NCBI RefSeq assembly: GCF_037893015.1
Contig: NC_133658.1
Coordinates: 742,146,877 to 742,210,876, forward strand
Direction of reading: 5' to 3'
DNA length: 64,000 bases
From: Macrotis lagotis
Lineage: Eukaryota
The first letter of the stretch is position 1. Every line of letters begins with the position of its first letter. The notes beneath the pieces were generated by a model. It saw only the letters and a program-made list of their open reading frames with translations, was not told the DNA's origin and ran no database searches. A program made the position numbers and the translations under genes. Positions 52,717 to 64,000 of the stretch are shown here, piece after piece.

Positions 52717-53370
52717 CAGCCAGACGGGGTCTGGCCCGGGGCGGGGCTAACTCTGCGCCCGCCTTCACAGGCTGCTAGGCCGGGTGGGGGCGGGGCCGGC
52801 CGCGTGTGGCCCTGTCCCCCGCGCGGCCGGCCGGTCCCCACCCCCGCCGTTGCCCTGTCTCCCGGGAGCCCCTCCATCCGCATTAGCGCTTCTCCGCGCG
52901 TGTTCGGAAGCAAAGCTAAGCCCTTTCTGCATCCTGCACAAGCTCTCGGGCTCTCCCAGTGTCCCGCCCAACGCCCCCCTCCAATCCCTAAAGCCAGCGG
53001 CAAGGTGACCCTGGAGGAAGACACGTCCCCCTCCCCCCTTCCCTAGTGCAGAAAATAGATCCAAGGTCAAAATTAGAGCCTGGGAAGGACATCAGGAATA
53101 GCTTCGGGCGAATCATTACAATTTATATTCATTTTCCACAAGTGCAAAAAATTAAGATATATCATTAAAATTTTTGTCCAGTAGTCATCAAAGAGCGGGG
53201 GAAGGGCGATTGGGAAGAGGGTTTTTTTTTTTAATGACCTACCTTGTCTTGGCTAAACCTTTTTAAAAATGTTAGTAATATTTTAATTGAAAATTGGCAG
53301 AATGATAGGGAACAGGAGATCAGATTTAAATAGGTACTGCATTTTGTCCTCAGTGGACTAGTTTAAATAA

Positions 53371-53670
53371 CTACCCCGTGTATAAAATACACCCGTGTAT
53401 GAGACACAACCTTAGTTTGGGGGCCCAAAATTTTACAAGTGTTTTACAGAAAGCTATTGAACTCAAATTTTGTTCATCATGAAATTCAAGGACCTTCTGC
53501 TCATAGCTTTCAAGAATCTCTTTAGTCCATTCTGTTTTCATGAACCTGAAGCACCAATTGTGTCCTCCGTTGAAATCAATAACTTCCTTTTCATCAGCAA
53601 TTCTTCTTGCCTTATGCTGAACCATCTTCGTGGACACAGGAATTCCAAAGCCCTTTGTTTTACAATCCAC
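53371..53670 (-). mobile_element. Fragment of a Tigger/pogo-like DNA transposon, the CENP-B-type helix-turn-helix portion of the transposase.
   Basis: The 99-aa ORF ...MVQHKARRIADEKEVIDFNGGHNWCFRFMKTEWTKEIL... has the pattern of Tigger/Jerky/CENP-B N-terminal HTH domains (F.aS.GWl.rFkkRh). The assignment was made by motif resemblance only. Confidence 0.4.
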
Positions 53671-53844
53671 CTCTCCAATTCCCTCTCTAGCTCAGGCCAT
53701 TTGGCTGCCATGCCTGTCTCATGGTCTCCTTCTGCCAGGGTTGTACAGTAGGGTTTCTTCTTCCTGTAGCCAATCTGATTGTTTTCTCAGTTGGAGGAGG
53801 ACCAAATTGTGTTCAGCAGCACAATTTCCATTCACTTTTACAAA

Positions 53845-54002
53845 ACGGATCACTTTGTTTTTTGGTTTTTGCAAGGCAAATGGAGTTAAGTGGCTTGCCC
53901 AAGGCCACACAGATAGGTAATTATTAAGTGTCTGAGACCAGATATGAACCCAGGTACTCCTGACTCCAGGGCTGGTGCTCTATCCACTACGCCACCTAGC
54001 CA
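53845..54002 (-). mobile_element. tRNA-derived SINE in reverse orientation with a target-site duplication of atcactttg.
   Basis: Consensus match and a flanking repeat. Confidence 0.9.
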
Positions 54003-55162
54003 CCCTTAAAATAAATCACTTTGAAATTGAATTCAGCACTAACAAAAATCTTTTTTTTGAGCCATATCTGGGCAGAACATGGCAAAATGTAACCTAATAA
54101 ACCAGTAACAAATGGAAAACAATGAGCACAGAGACAACAAGCACAAAAAAATGTGGGAAATGAAAGTAAATCTACAATCACTGTTTAAGATGCTGCAAGT
54201 TTCTAGACTCCAGATTTTTCGGGAAAGGGTGCATCTTATACTTGGGGAAATACGGTAAGCGCAGTGAGTCAATAAGCCTTTTATTAAGTGCCAGTCACTG
54301 TGGCCTAAGCTTTTGGAATACAAAAAAATGCAACAGTCCATTGTTCTCAAGGAGTTCACAGTCTAATGGCGGAGATAATGAAAACAATTCTAAACAAACC
54401 AGAGTAATGGAGGAAAACAGTATTAAGAGAATTATTAGGAAAAAACCTCAAAAGTATTAAATGGCAGGCACTGTGTTAAGTTCTGGAAATATAAATATAG
54501 GCTAAAAGAGTCTGATGAAACAACTATCTTCTGAAGTTGAAATTAAGAAATATTGGGTACACCTCACACCTCTCAGACTGGCCAACATGACCAAAGGACA
54601 ATGATCAATGTTGGAAGGGATGTGGGAAATCTGGGACACTAATGCATTGTTGGTGGAGCTGTGAACTCCTCCAACCTTTCTGGAAAGAAATTTGGAATTA
54701 TGTCCAAAGGGCAATAAAAATGTGCATACCTTTTGATCCAGCAATACCACTAGTGGGTCTGTACCCTGAAGAGATCATGAAAAAGGGTAAAAATATCACT
54801 TGTACAAAATACTCATAGCAGACCTGTTTGTGGTGGCAAAGAATTGGAAATTGAGTGAATGTCCAACAACTGGGGAATGGCTGAACAAATTGTGGTATAT
54901 GTATGTTATGGAACACTATTGTTCTATTAGAAACCAGGAGGGATGAGAATTCAGGGAAGTCTGGAAGTATTTGCATGAACTGATGCTGAGTGAGATGAGC
55001 AGAACCAGAAGAACATTGTATACCCTAACAGCAACATGGGGGTGATGATAACCCTAATGGACTTGCTCATTTCAACAATCACAGACAATTTTAGGATATC
55101 TGCAAGAATACCATTTGTATCCAAAGTTTGTGGAGTCTAAACAAAGACCAAAGACTATTACC

Positions 55163-55302
55163 TAATTTTTTTTTTGTAAGGCAGTGGGATTAAGTGACTT
55201 GCCCAAGGCCACACAGCTAGGTTATTAAGTGTCTGAGGTCAGAGTTGAACCCAGGTACTCCTGACTCCAGGGCGGATGCTCTATCCACTTCTCCACCTAG
55301 CT
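55163..55302 (-). mobile_element. tRNA-derived SINE in reverse orientation, inserted into an L1 3' end, with a target-site duplication of attacctaattt.
   Basis: Consensus match and a flanking repeat. Confidence 0.9.
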
Positions 55303-55446
55303 GCCTCATTACCTAATTTAAAAAAAAATGTATCTTATTTAATTTTGCTATCTCCTATATTTTTTCCTTAAGGATAAGATTTCTCATGACATTCAACTTA
55401 GATCAATGTATAACATGGAAACAATGTAAAGACTATAAGACTAGGG

Positions 55447-55600
55447 GCGGCTAGGTGGCATAGCGGATAAAGCACCCGCCCTGGAGTCAGGAGTACCTGG
55501 GTTCAAATCTGGTCTCAGACACTTAATAATTACCTAGCTGTGTGGCCTTGGGCAAGCCACTTAACCCCGTTTGCCTTGCAAAAACCTAAAAAAAAAAAAA
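55447..55600 (+). mobile_element. tRNA-derived SINE inserted into the same L1 3' end, with a target-site duplication of gactataagact.
   Basis: Consensus match and a perfect 12-bp flanking repeat. Confidence 0.95.
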
Positions 55601-56191
55601 AGACTATAAGACTGTCTTCTGGGTGAGGGGAGCGAGATTAGGGGAAAAATTGTAAAATTAAAAATTTTTAAAAAACTGGGTGCTAGATCACTGAAGAGGA
55701 TGCAAGACAAATGAAGCATGATTTCAAAGCTTAAATAACAAATCAAATCATCTATTTCAACCTCTTTGGCATGATGAGGAAATGTAAAATGTTAGATTCC
55801 CACTGCCTACTGCAGGGTTCTCTGCTATCCTTAAGGGGTTGTAGAGTATCTGGTTTGGGTTTTTTTTTTTGGGGGGGGGGGGTTGTCCTTCATTTTCAAA
55901 GAAGACCATAACACCAAGGAGGTCATGCCATGACAAGCATGTGAATTGGATTTGGAGGGGATTTTGTGTTAAGTCACCAGCCTTACTTTCTCCTCCGAAG
56001 TCATCTGGGTCCAGTGGCCACATATAATCAGAACAACTGTATGGCCCTGGTTGCAAGACAATCACACCACAAGAGTCAAGTCCTATTAAATGCCAGTTTC
56101 AAACTCCTTTCCTCCTGTTCTCCTGACTCCAAGGCCAGTGCTTTATCCACTACATCATCTAACTACCCTGGAGTATCTAGGGTCCCTGTAA

Positions 56192-56443
56192 ATGACTGGG
56201 AAGCAAAGAATAGTCATCTCTGACATCTCCTTTCCCCACTCTTCTGCAAGGAAGACCTTGATTCCTGCCAAGAAGGGAAAGCAGCAGGCCAAGACTAGAG
56301 GTTGGTCCTCAGAGAGAGAGGGAGTACAAGCTAAAATTATATGTATCAGCTTCCTTACTGTGGATGATATCGTTAGTTCCCATGGATTTAATTATCATCT
56401 CTATGCTGATGACTGCCAAATCTACCTATCCTTATTCTGCTGA
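56192..56443 (+). mobile_element. Possible LINE (non-L1, RTE/L2-like) reverse-transcriptase remnant.
   Basis: The ORF contains ...SHGFNYHLYADDCQIY..., which is YADD-box-like, and is flanked by repeat sequence. Confidence 0.25.
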
Positions 56444-56529
56444 CTTCCAATCTGGCATCTCCAACTGCATTTCAGACATCTTAAACTCAATACATCCAAA
56501 ACATAACTCCTCTTTTCCCATAAACCCTT

Positions 56530-56770
56530 CCTACTTGTTGTTCAGTCATGTTCAACTCTTTTTGACACCATTTGGGGTTTTCTTGGCAGTGATACTGAAG
56601 AATGCCATTTCCTTCACCAGCTCATTTATCAGATAATGAAATTGAGGAAATAACATTGATTTGCCTAGGATCATATGCTAGTTAAGTGTCTGAGGCTAGA
56701 TTTGAACTCAGGAAGATGAGTCTGGCTTTGGTTCTGGCGCTCTATCTACTTCAATGCCTATCTGCTCTTA
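56530..56770 (-). mobile_element. Long MIR/CORE-related marsupial SINE of the same family as 17760-18010.
   Basis: Contains ttgttcagtcatgttcaactctttttgacaccatttggggttttcttggcag...aggaaataacattgatttgcctaggatcatatgctagttaagtgtctgaggctagatttgaactcagg. Confidence 0.7.
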
Positions 56771-59700
56771 TTACTGCAAAGGGCAGCACCATCCTCCCAG
56801 TTCCTGAGGCTAACAACCGAGAAATCATCCTGGACTCCTCAAACTAGTGGCTCCCTCTGGTCTACAAAATGCTCTGTTTGGCATTCAAAACCCTTCACAA
56901 TCTACCCCCTTTCTTACTCTTTATTCCCTGCCATGTTGTCTTTGATTCAGAGAAACTGCTGTCCTTGCTGATTCATGAACTCCAGATATTTTCTGTCCCC
57001 TATGCCCAGAAATCCTCCTCTACTCTGCCTATTGACTTACCTGGCTTATTTTAAGTCTTAACTAAAATTCCACCTTCCACAGAAAGCTTTCTCCTCTTAA
57101 TTCTAATGCCTTCCCTCTTAATTTTCAAATTATACTGTTTTTAGCTTGCTTTGTATTATTCTGTTTGCGTGTTGTCTCTGCTTTTAGATTGTAAACTCCT
57201 CAGTGTCAGAGATTGTCTTTTGCCTGTTTTTGTATCCCTAGCACATTGTAGGTGTGTAATGTTCATTGATTCTTAATTTAAGGAAAGTAATTTTTAGATT
57301 CAAGCTAAACTTATAATTGCTTTACTTTAAGAGGAAAGCAAGGCTTTCAAGCCATATATTCTTCCTATTAAATGCCAGTCCCACGATGAACACACATAAC
57401 AAATAAGCCCATTTATAAAAATCAATAGCAAAACAATCCAAAGAAAATATACATAGAATATATACTAGACAATCAAGAATGAATGAATGAGGTCTTCCAT
57501 TGGGATCAAGACAACATCTCAACCAAAAGCCAGCCCAGATCTCAACCAAGAGGAAAGTCCTTGAAGTCTCTAGTTCTCACACATCAGCTTATTCCCAGAG
57601 TCTTTATCTTTACAGACTAGAGAAAAATTGGGATGGCATTTTTTTCTCTGTTGAAGTTGGAAGACAGAAGAGAACATATCTCTTTTCTCTATCTCTAAAC
57701 AACTCTGCCTGCCCCTGACCCAGTGAGTAATCAGTCTCCTCAAATTGACCATTTCAAGCAGACTTTAGAGAAGGTTCACAGGAATCACTGACCCCCTGAC
57801 TCTATAACCACCACATTTCCCCCAAAATAATACCAGAACTTAAATTTTTTCTCTAAAAGACATAGGGCTTATTTTCAGAGGATATCATATTTTTTCCCCA
57901 TGTACAACAAAAAAATTAATGTAAGAAAATCTGTACTTATTCAAATATAATCATATCATCATCTGGAACATTGTCATAGCTCTCAAACCCTGATATCTGG
58001 CTTGAATTTCTTGTGACTCTATTTGCTGTAGAATCTTTGGTTCCAGTCTCTCTTATCCAGCAGTCGAACTCTCCTGAACCAGCAGTTCATGTCCATGTGG
58101 TCAGCTCGTAGTACACTGGCAATACGATTGTCATGTATTTTATCCTATGAATTCTTCACTTAATTGTGTCACAGAGTTTGCACACTGATTTCTCTCCATT
58201 CTGTTTTCATTGTAGTCATTGATTTCCATGAGCAAATGGGCCTTGAATGATGTGTTTATTGCAATATCAAGAGTCTGGAGATAGGTAGCCATTGCTGTGG
58301 GAATCATTATTGATCTATACTTCTCTCTTTCTCTGCAAGGAAGTTCTTCATGTTTGCCAGACCTGCTTGAGCACCTTGAAAAACAAGTGACAGCATTAAA
58401 TCAATTATGTACCAGGCTTTTTCAGTTTCAAGAATATAAATGCCTGAAACACATTCAATCTTATCTTTTTATGCCCTTAGTGATGATTATCAAAAGAACA
58501 CTTTATTTGTGCTTTGTGTCTATATTCCTATTGGTCATTCAGTAATAAATTTTGAATTCATCTGTTTACATAGGCATTTATCTCTTATCCAAAGGTACCT
58601 ACTTGAGTATTACAAATATATAAGAATGTCACTATTTATATTTCATTATAAATATTTTATGATTCAATACGTCCATCATATGCAGCAACAGATATAGTAA
58701 ATGCATCTGACCATCTTAACTGGGGCTTACTTGTGTGTGGGGGGGTGAGCTTATGAGCATCCTTGAAAAAAATCATGTTAGGGCTTATTTTCAGGGGAAG
58801 TATGGTAACATTCATTCTCAATTGCCATCTAGGAGGGAAGATCAAATGTATATGTAATCCACAGGCCAAAAGCTATGTAAGATACTCCTCAATGGTATAA
58901 TTTGATTACGCAATGCTCAGGTCCAAATGAGGGATGGGTCAAGTTGGCAAAATCTTGAAAACAAAAAGTACTTGATCTTAGGGAGTCTGGCTTCCAGAAG
59001 GAAAACAGACACATGGTTCTAGCTGACATAAAGACAAACTAGCACCACAATCATGTCCATAAACTCATCTTGCTACTCTAGAGACTTAGAATTAACTTTG
59101 AATAAACTCCAGGACTTTCTTAGTTGAGCAGAAATATCTAACTGCCAATAAAAAAAAAAACAACTGTGTAATGTCTAGTGTGTTTTCAACTGTTTATCTT
59201 CTCTGATTTCTGTTTGCTTTTGGTTTGAATAAATAAGTTGATTTGCTATTGGCTACCTCATCTTCTTTATAAAACTGGCTTTGGTGAGAGGAATGCCAAG
59301 CTTTGGAAATATAGTTTGGGGTAATCCTTCCCCATAGCAGTCAGGAGCCCAGACTGAATTTAAATTTAAAAAATTTAAAATTGCTATCTTAATAACCAGT
59401 TTAGGTCAAATGGAAAAAAGTAGTCCAAAAGGTCAATGAGGAGAAAAATCCTTAAAAAGCAGAATTGGCTACATGAATGGCCAGCCCCTGTACTGGCAAG
59501 AATCAAAATTTTTCTCTAAAAAAGGTGGATGAAGACTCTAGAGATATTTCTGTTCATGCTTCCCTGTGAATAACATCTAGACAAACCCACATGGATACAA
59601 AAATCTATCTGGGAAAGACCTTCCTATAAAACAGAATGAATGTAAGAGGCACAGAGAGTTCTAGGACCTGTCAGAGTTAATAACCATTAGCATAGTCTTT

Positions 59701-62149
59701 GAGAACTTTGTGTCCACTGAGAGCCTGGAGTAGGCTTAATAGAAGCAGCAGAGAATAACTGCATGAATATAACCCTCAATTCTATGAAAAGAACTTTCAG
59801 GAGGATAATATGCATGTAGAAAGAACTTTAAGGTTTGAAAAGCATTTTACAGGTTATCTCATTTAAGATATTCATTTCTTAATATCCTTTAAAGACATAA
59901 AAAAATTCCAAAAAGTCATAAAATTATCAGAAATTCCTTAAGTTTTTAAGAAGTTTAAACTTCAAAACTACAAAAAATTGTGTTCAAGGAAGTGAACAAA
60001 ATGGATCTAATGCAAGGGACATAGTTAAGCAAGGGAAAAATATACTCTATGGTTATGGCAGAAATGAAATTAAATCTCAAGAGATAATAAAATAGAGAAT
60101 GGGCTACATTAGGAGGTAGTGTATCTCTGTCCACAGACTACACATAGAATTCCTGAAGAAAAGTCATTGTGTAAATAGTATCACTCATGCCTTAATTAAG
60201 AGACTGTCTCAGGAGAATTGGTCTTGGAGTAAAGGCAACAGAGTGCTTTAGATGGCTAGAAAGTGAGATTCACTATAGAAATTCAAATGATGGGATCTTT
60301 CCTATACAAAATGAAAAAACTGAAAGAACATCTTCGTGAGTTGCTACCTCATTTTCAAATTTAAGGATGAAGATTTTAAGCATCCTTTGCTTTATCCCTC
60401 TAAGTCAATTATATAGAATATCCTTTATGAGCTCATTTCAGCCCATATTTGTGGGCTCTCTCCCCTTTCTTCCCTAGCATTGAAATTAATTTGCCAAAGA
60501 ATTATTCTTTTGGAGAGCTAGCTACCACCAAAAGTAGGAATTAGAATGGATAGGTGAATATGAACAACTCAATTTTGAAAATGTTATATCTAAAAAGATA
60601 ACTAATTCATGGAAATAAGATTAGCCAAAATATCATGACATGAAATGAGAAGCAGAATATACCTAAGAAATCTCAGGATAAGCTGTTAATGAGATTCAAT
60701 AGTTGGAAATGTCCATAAAAATATAAATACAATTATAACTTTAATGAAAAACAATTTTTTCATAGCTTTACAGAATTTCAGGGAGGTTTCTCAATACCTA
60801 TTTAGTTCAATTTAAAAATGAAAAGCTCTAAAATATATTTGACAATTGATCAACATTTGCTCAAGTTCTCAAGTGAGAAAAAAAACCAATGAGATCATAA
60901 GGTAACCCATTCCACTTTTGGATAGTTTTTCTGGGAGTATTATTTCATTTTCTGATATCAAGATTAAATTTGTTCTATTTGCAACTTCTACCCCATTGTG
61001 ATTCTGAATCCTGGGACCAAACAAAACATGTCTAATTTTTCTTCTACACAACATCTTCAGATATTTAAGTCCAAAATGGTGGAGTGGAGGAAGGAATTCC
61101 CAGAAGCTCTACCCCCAGACCACTCCAAATGCCTTAATATTATGACTCTAACCAAATTCTAGAGTGGTAGAACCCACCAAAAATGGGTGGGGCCATTTTC
61201 CAGCCCAAGACAACTTGGAAAATTGACTGGAAAGGCAGTGCAGCTTGGGTCACATCCAAGCAAACAGATTCCAGTTATCCAGGAACAGACTACAGGGTCC
61301 CTGGGTCCTTGGAGGTGCTTGGGTCCATGGCAGTGGGGCAGTTTCTAGACCTCTCAACCCAGGGATTGCCGAGGACAACTTGGAAGGTCATCAGGAAAAC
61401 TCTGCTACACTAGGCCAACACAGACCTTAGCATAGCCTTTGCCCAGGACCCAGAAGCAAACCTGCAGAGTCACCCAACAGCTGTTTTCAGAGCACTCAGC
61501 CTATGGATGCTAAGTGGATCAGGGGAGACTGCAAAGGTCTCTCCACTATCCCTGGATCAAGACTCTGTTGTTTTGCCCACACTGAGATCCAAGTCACTGT
61601 CTGGTGTTCTATACTGCCATAGTGGATCAGGGATACTCCTCATGGCTCCAGGGCAGAGGGAAGTGCTTGTGGTCATCCACAGACCAGAGTACAGGCTAGG
61701 AGAGCAGTCAAATCTCTCATAAGATGTTGAAGGAATTGAGGTTCAGGGGGTATGCCCAAAACCCTCAAAAGCTTGGGAATCTTCATTTTGGAAGCAGAGC
61801 CCCACCTTAACAAAGATTTAAAATTAGGTTATAGGCTGGGGGAATGAACTAACAACATGGAAAAAGAATCTGATCTGATCTGATCATCGATAATTATTTT
61901 GGTTCCATGGAGTTTCAAAATACACACTCAGAAGATGACAAAGTCAAAGCATCTATATTCAAAGCTAACAAGAAAAAATAGGAATCTGTCTCAGGCTATG
62001 GAAAAGCTCACAAAAAGATTTTGAAAATCATGTAAGGGAGGTAGAGGAAAAATTGGGAAGAGAAATGAGAGCAATGCAGGAAAATCATGAAAATTAAGTC
62101 AGCAGCTTGATGAAGGAAATAAAAGGAATACTGAAGAAAATTACTGTCT

Positions 62150-62302
62150 TTTTTAGCTTTTTTTTTGCAAGGCAATGGGATCAAGTGGCTTGCCCAAGGC
62201 CACACAGCTAGGTATTCATTAAGTGTCTGAGGCCAGATTTGAACTCAGGTACTACTGACTCCAGGACCAGTGCTCTTTCCACTGCATCTTCTAGCTACCC
62301 TG
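62150..62302 (-). mobile_element. tRNA-derived SINE in reverse orientation, inserted into L1 ORF1 sequence, with a target-site duplication of about gaaaatt(a/g)ct(g/a)tc.
   Basis: Consensus match. Confidence 0.85.
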
Positions 62303-62499
62303 AAAATTGCTATCTTAATAACCAGTTTAGGTCAAATGGAAAAAAGTAGTCCAAAAGGTCAATGAGGAGAAAAATCCTTAAAAAGCAGAATTGGCTACAT
62401 GAAAAAGGAGATAAAAAAGCTCTCTGAAGAAAATAATTCCTTAAAATGTAGAATGGAGCTAAGGGAAGCTGATGAGTTTGTGAGAAATCAAACAATAGG

Positions 62500-62645
62500 G
62501 GCAGCTAGGTGGTGCAGTGGATAGAGCACTGGTCCTGGAGTCAGTAGTACCTGAGTTCAAATCTGGCCTCAGATACGTAATAATTACCTAGCTGTATTGT
62601 CTTGGGCAAGCCACTTAACCCCATTTGCCTTGCAAAAAAAACTTA
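62500..62645 (+). mobile_element. tRNA-derived SINE inserted into L1 ORF1, with a target-site duplication of gaaatcaaacaata.
   Basis: Consensus match and a perfect flanking repeat. Confidence 0.95.
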
Positions 62646-63607
62646 AAAAGAAATCAAACAATAAAACAAAACCAAAAGAATGAAAAAATGAGAAGAAAAT
62701 GTAAAATATCTCATTGGAAAAACAAAGACCAGGAAACAGATCCGGAAGAAATAATTTAAAAATTATAGAGCTACTTGATAGTCATGACCAGGGAAAGATC
62801 CTAGACTTCATTTTCCAAGAAATTCTCCAGGAAAATTGCCCTGATGTCCTAGAAGCAGAGGGTAAAATAGTAATTGAGGGACTCCACCAATCACCTCCTG
62901 ACAGAGAGAGTCCTGCCAAAAAAACCTCCTGGGAATATTATAGTCAAATTCCAGAACTCCCAAGTCAAAGAGAAAATATCACAAGCAGTCAGAAAGAAAC
63001 AATTCAAATATTGTGGAACTGCAGTCGGGATTACACAGGATTTAGTAGCATCTACATTAAGGGCTCATAGGGCTTGGAATAGGATATTCTGGAAGGCAAA
63101 AGAATTTGAATTACAACCAAGAATCAGCTCAATCAGCAAAACTGAACACTTTTTCAAGGGGGAAAAATGGACATTCAATGAAATTAGGAGCTTTCACACT
63201 TTCCTGCTGAAATAACTAGAGTTGAACAGAAAGTTTGATCTTCACTCAGATCAAGCATGAAGAGGGTGAATGGGAAGGGTAAATCATGGAGTATTTAATG
63301 ATGTTGAACTGCCTGTATTCCTGCATGGGAAGATGATGCTGTTAACTCATATGAATCTTCTCATTTATTAAAGCAGAAGGAGCATATATAGACAAGGCAC
63401 GGGAGGGAGCTAAATATGAAGGTATAATATATTCTAAAGATGGAGATAATGGGAGAGAAAGGAATGTACTGAGAGAAAGGTAAAGGAGAGGTAGAATGGG
63501 CTAGGATATTTCACATAAAAGTGGTGAGAAAAAGCTTTTGCAATAGAGTGGAAAGTGGGGAGGTGAGGGAGAAAGAGTGAGCCTTTACTCTCATCAAAAG
63601 TGGCTCA

Positions 63608-63790
63608 GAGGGGCAGCTAGGTGGCAGTGGAAGGGGCGGCTAGGTGGTGTAGTGGATAAAGCACCGGCCCTGGAGTCAGGAGTACCTGGGTTCAAGTCTG
63701 GTCTCAGACACTTAATAATTACCTAGCTGTGTGACCTTGGGCAAGCTACTTAACCCCATTTGCCTTGCAAAAACCTAAAAAAAAAAGTGG
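63608..63790 (+). mobile_element. tRNA-derived SINE preceded by a partial head (gggcagctaggtggcagtggaagg). The target-site duplication is aagtggctcagag.
   Basis: Consensus match and a flanking repeat. Confidence 0.9.
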
Positions 63791-64000
63791 CTCAGAGAGG
63801 AAATAATATACACACTCAATAGGGTATAGAAATCTATCTTACCCTAGGGGGAAAAAAGGAGAGGAGGGGGATGGGAGAAAGTGGATAAGGGGACAGGAGC
63901 GGGGTGGGGGGGTGTAGGTGATAGAAGAGCGGGAAGATCATGGGAGAGGGTGTCAGATACAACACACTTTTGAGGAGGGACAGGGAGAGAGGAGAGAGAG

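Larger units (their letters stand above)
51750..53050 (-). promoter_or_regulatory. CpG island and TATA-less promoter region of MPHOSPH8. It spans exon 1 and about 0.8 kb upstream. It contains GC boxes (gggggcggggcc at ~52686, ~52742 and ~52788), CCAAT/ATTGG boxes (52331-52340, 52374, 52420) and a CRE palindrome.
   Basis: There is an abrupt shift from AT-rich, repeat-laden sequence to more than 70% G+C with dense CpG. It lies immediately 5' of the mapped ATG. Confidence 0.75.
54560..55670 (+). mobile_element. L1 3'-end split into three pieces by two later SINE insertions (55163-55302 and 55447-55600).
   Basis: The L1 sequence continues across both SINEs. Each SINE has its own target-site duplication. 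Confidence 0.9.
61060..63600 (+). mobile_element. L1 5' region (5'UTR, ORF1 and the ORF1/ORF2 junction). ORF1 carries a frameshift and is interrupted by two SINE insertions.
   Basis: ORF-track peptides 62714-63070 and 62874-63215 are L1 ORF1p (DSHDQGKILDFIFQEILQENCPDVLEAEGKIVIEGLHQSPPDRE; PGNIIVKFQNSQVKEKISQAVRKKQFKYCGTAVGITQDLVASTLRAHRAWNRIFWKAKEF) in two different frames. Confidence 0.85.

Noticed and set aside
51713-53070. Many long overlapping ORFs on both strands inside the CpG island (51734-52345 +, 51837-52364 +, 51891-52310 -, 52336-52665 +, 52581-53024 -, 52708-53046 + and others), and the 240-aa minus ORF that extends upstream of the ATG.
   Set aside because: They are the open frames expected in 75%-GC sequence with few stop codons. 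Only the frame downstream of the ATG at 52249 shows protein similarity (the MPP8 chromodomain). The upstream part is 5'UTR, and the poly-GA and poly-PA peptides come from the hexanucleotide repeat.
1-64000. A search for prokaryotic-style systems: CRISPR arrays, operons and defence islands.
   Set aside because: The sequence is eukaryotic, with spliced exons, mammalian SINE and LINE families, and a CpG island. Regularly spaced identical repeats with unique spacers are absent. The only tandem structures are microsatellites and the SINE pair at 28.3-28.6 kb.

Overview
This window is eukaryotic (mammalian, almost certainly marsupial) nuclear DNA, not a prokaryotic locus. It is AT-rich and crowded with tRNA-derived SINEs whose head reads gggcagctaggtggcgcagtggatagagcactggccctggagtcaggag..ttcaaatcc, with MIR/CORE-related SINEs, and with many L1 LINE fragments (3' ends, ORF1, ORF2, 5'UTR). 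The one clear host gene is the MPHOSPH8 (MPP8, HUSH complex subunit) orthologue on the minus strand. Its CpG-island promoter and ATG lie near 52.25 kb, and 11 coding exons run down to 7.58 kb. They encode the MPP8 chromodomain (EDVFEVEKILDVKTEAGKILYKVRWKGYTSDDDTWEPEIHLEDCKEVLLEFRKK), a long lysine/glutamate/serine-rich exon, and the ankyrin-repeat C-terminal half. Every splice junction listed was read directly from the sequence, and reading phase carries correctly from exon to exon. The last ~70 codons (terminal exon or exons) were not found. Other features: a (GGGGCC)n tract on the transcribed strand just inside intron 1; a CRE palindrome, CCAAT boxes and GC boxes in the CpG island; compound microsatellites; a Tigger/pogo-like CENP-B helix-turn-helix fragment upstream of the promoter; an L1 5' end (5'UTR, ORF1, ORF2 start) broken by later SINE insertions; and many SINE insertions with intact target-site duplications. 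No CRISPR array, operon or prokaryotic defence system is present. The notable points are the fully mapped MPHOSPH8 locus, whose own introns are full of L1 sequence even though HUSH silences L1, and the intronic G-quadruplex-type hexanucleotide repeat.
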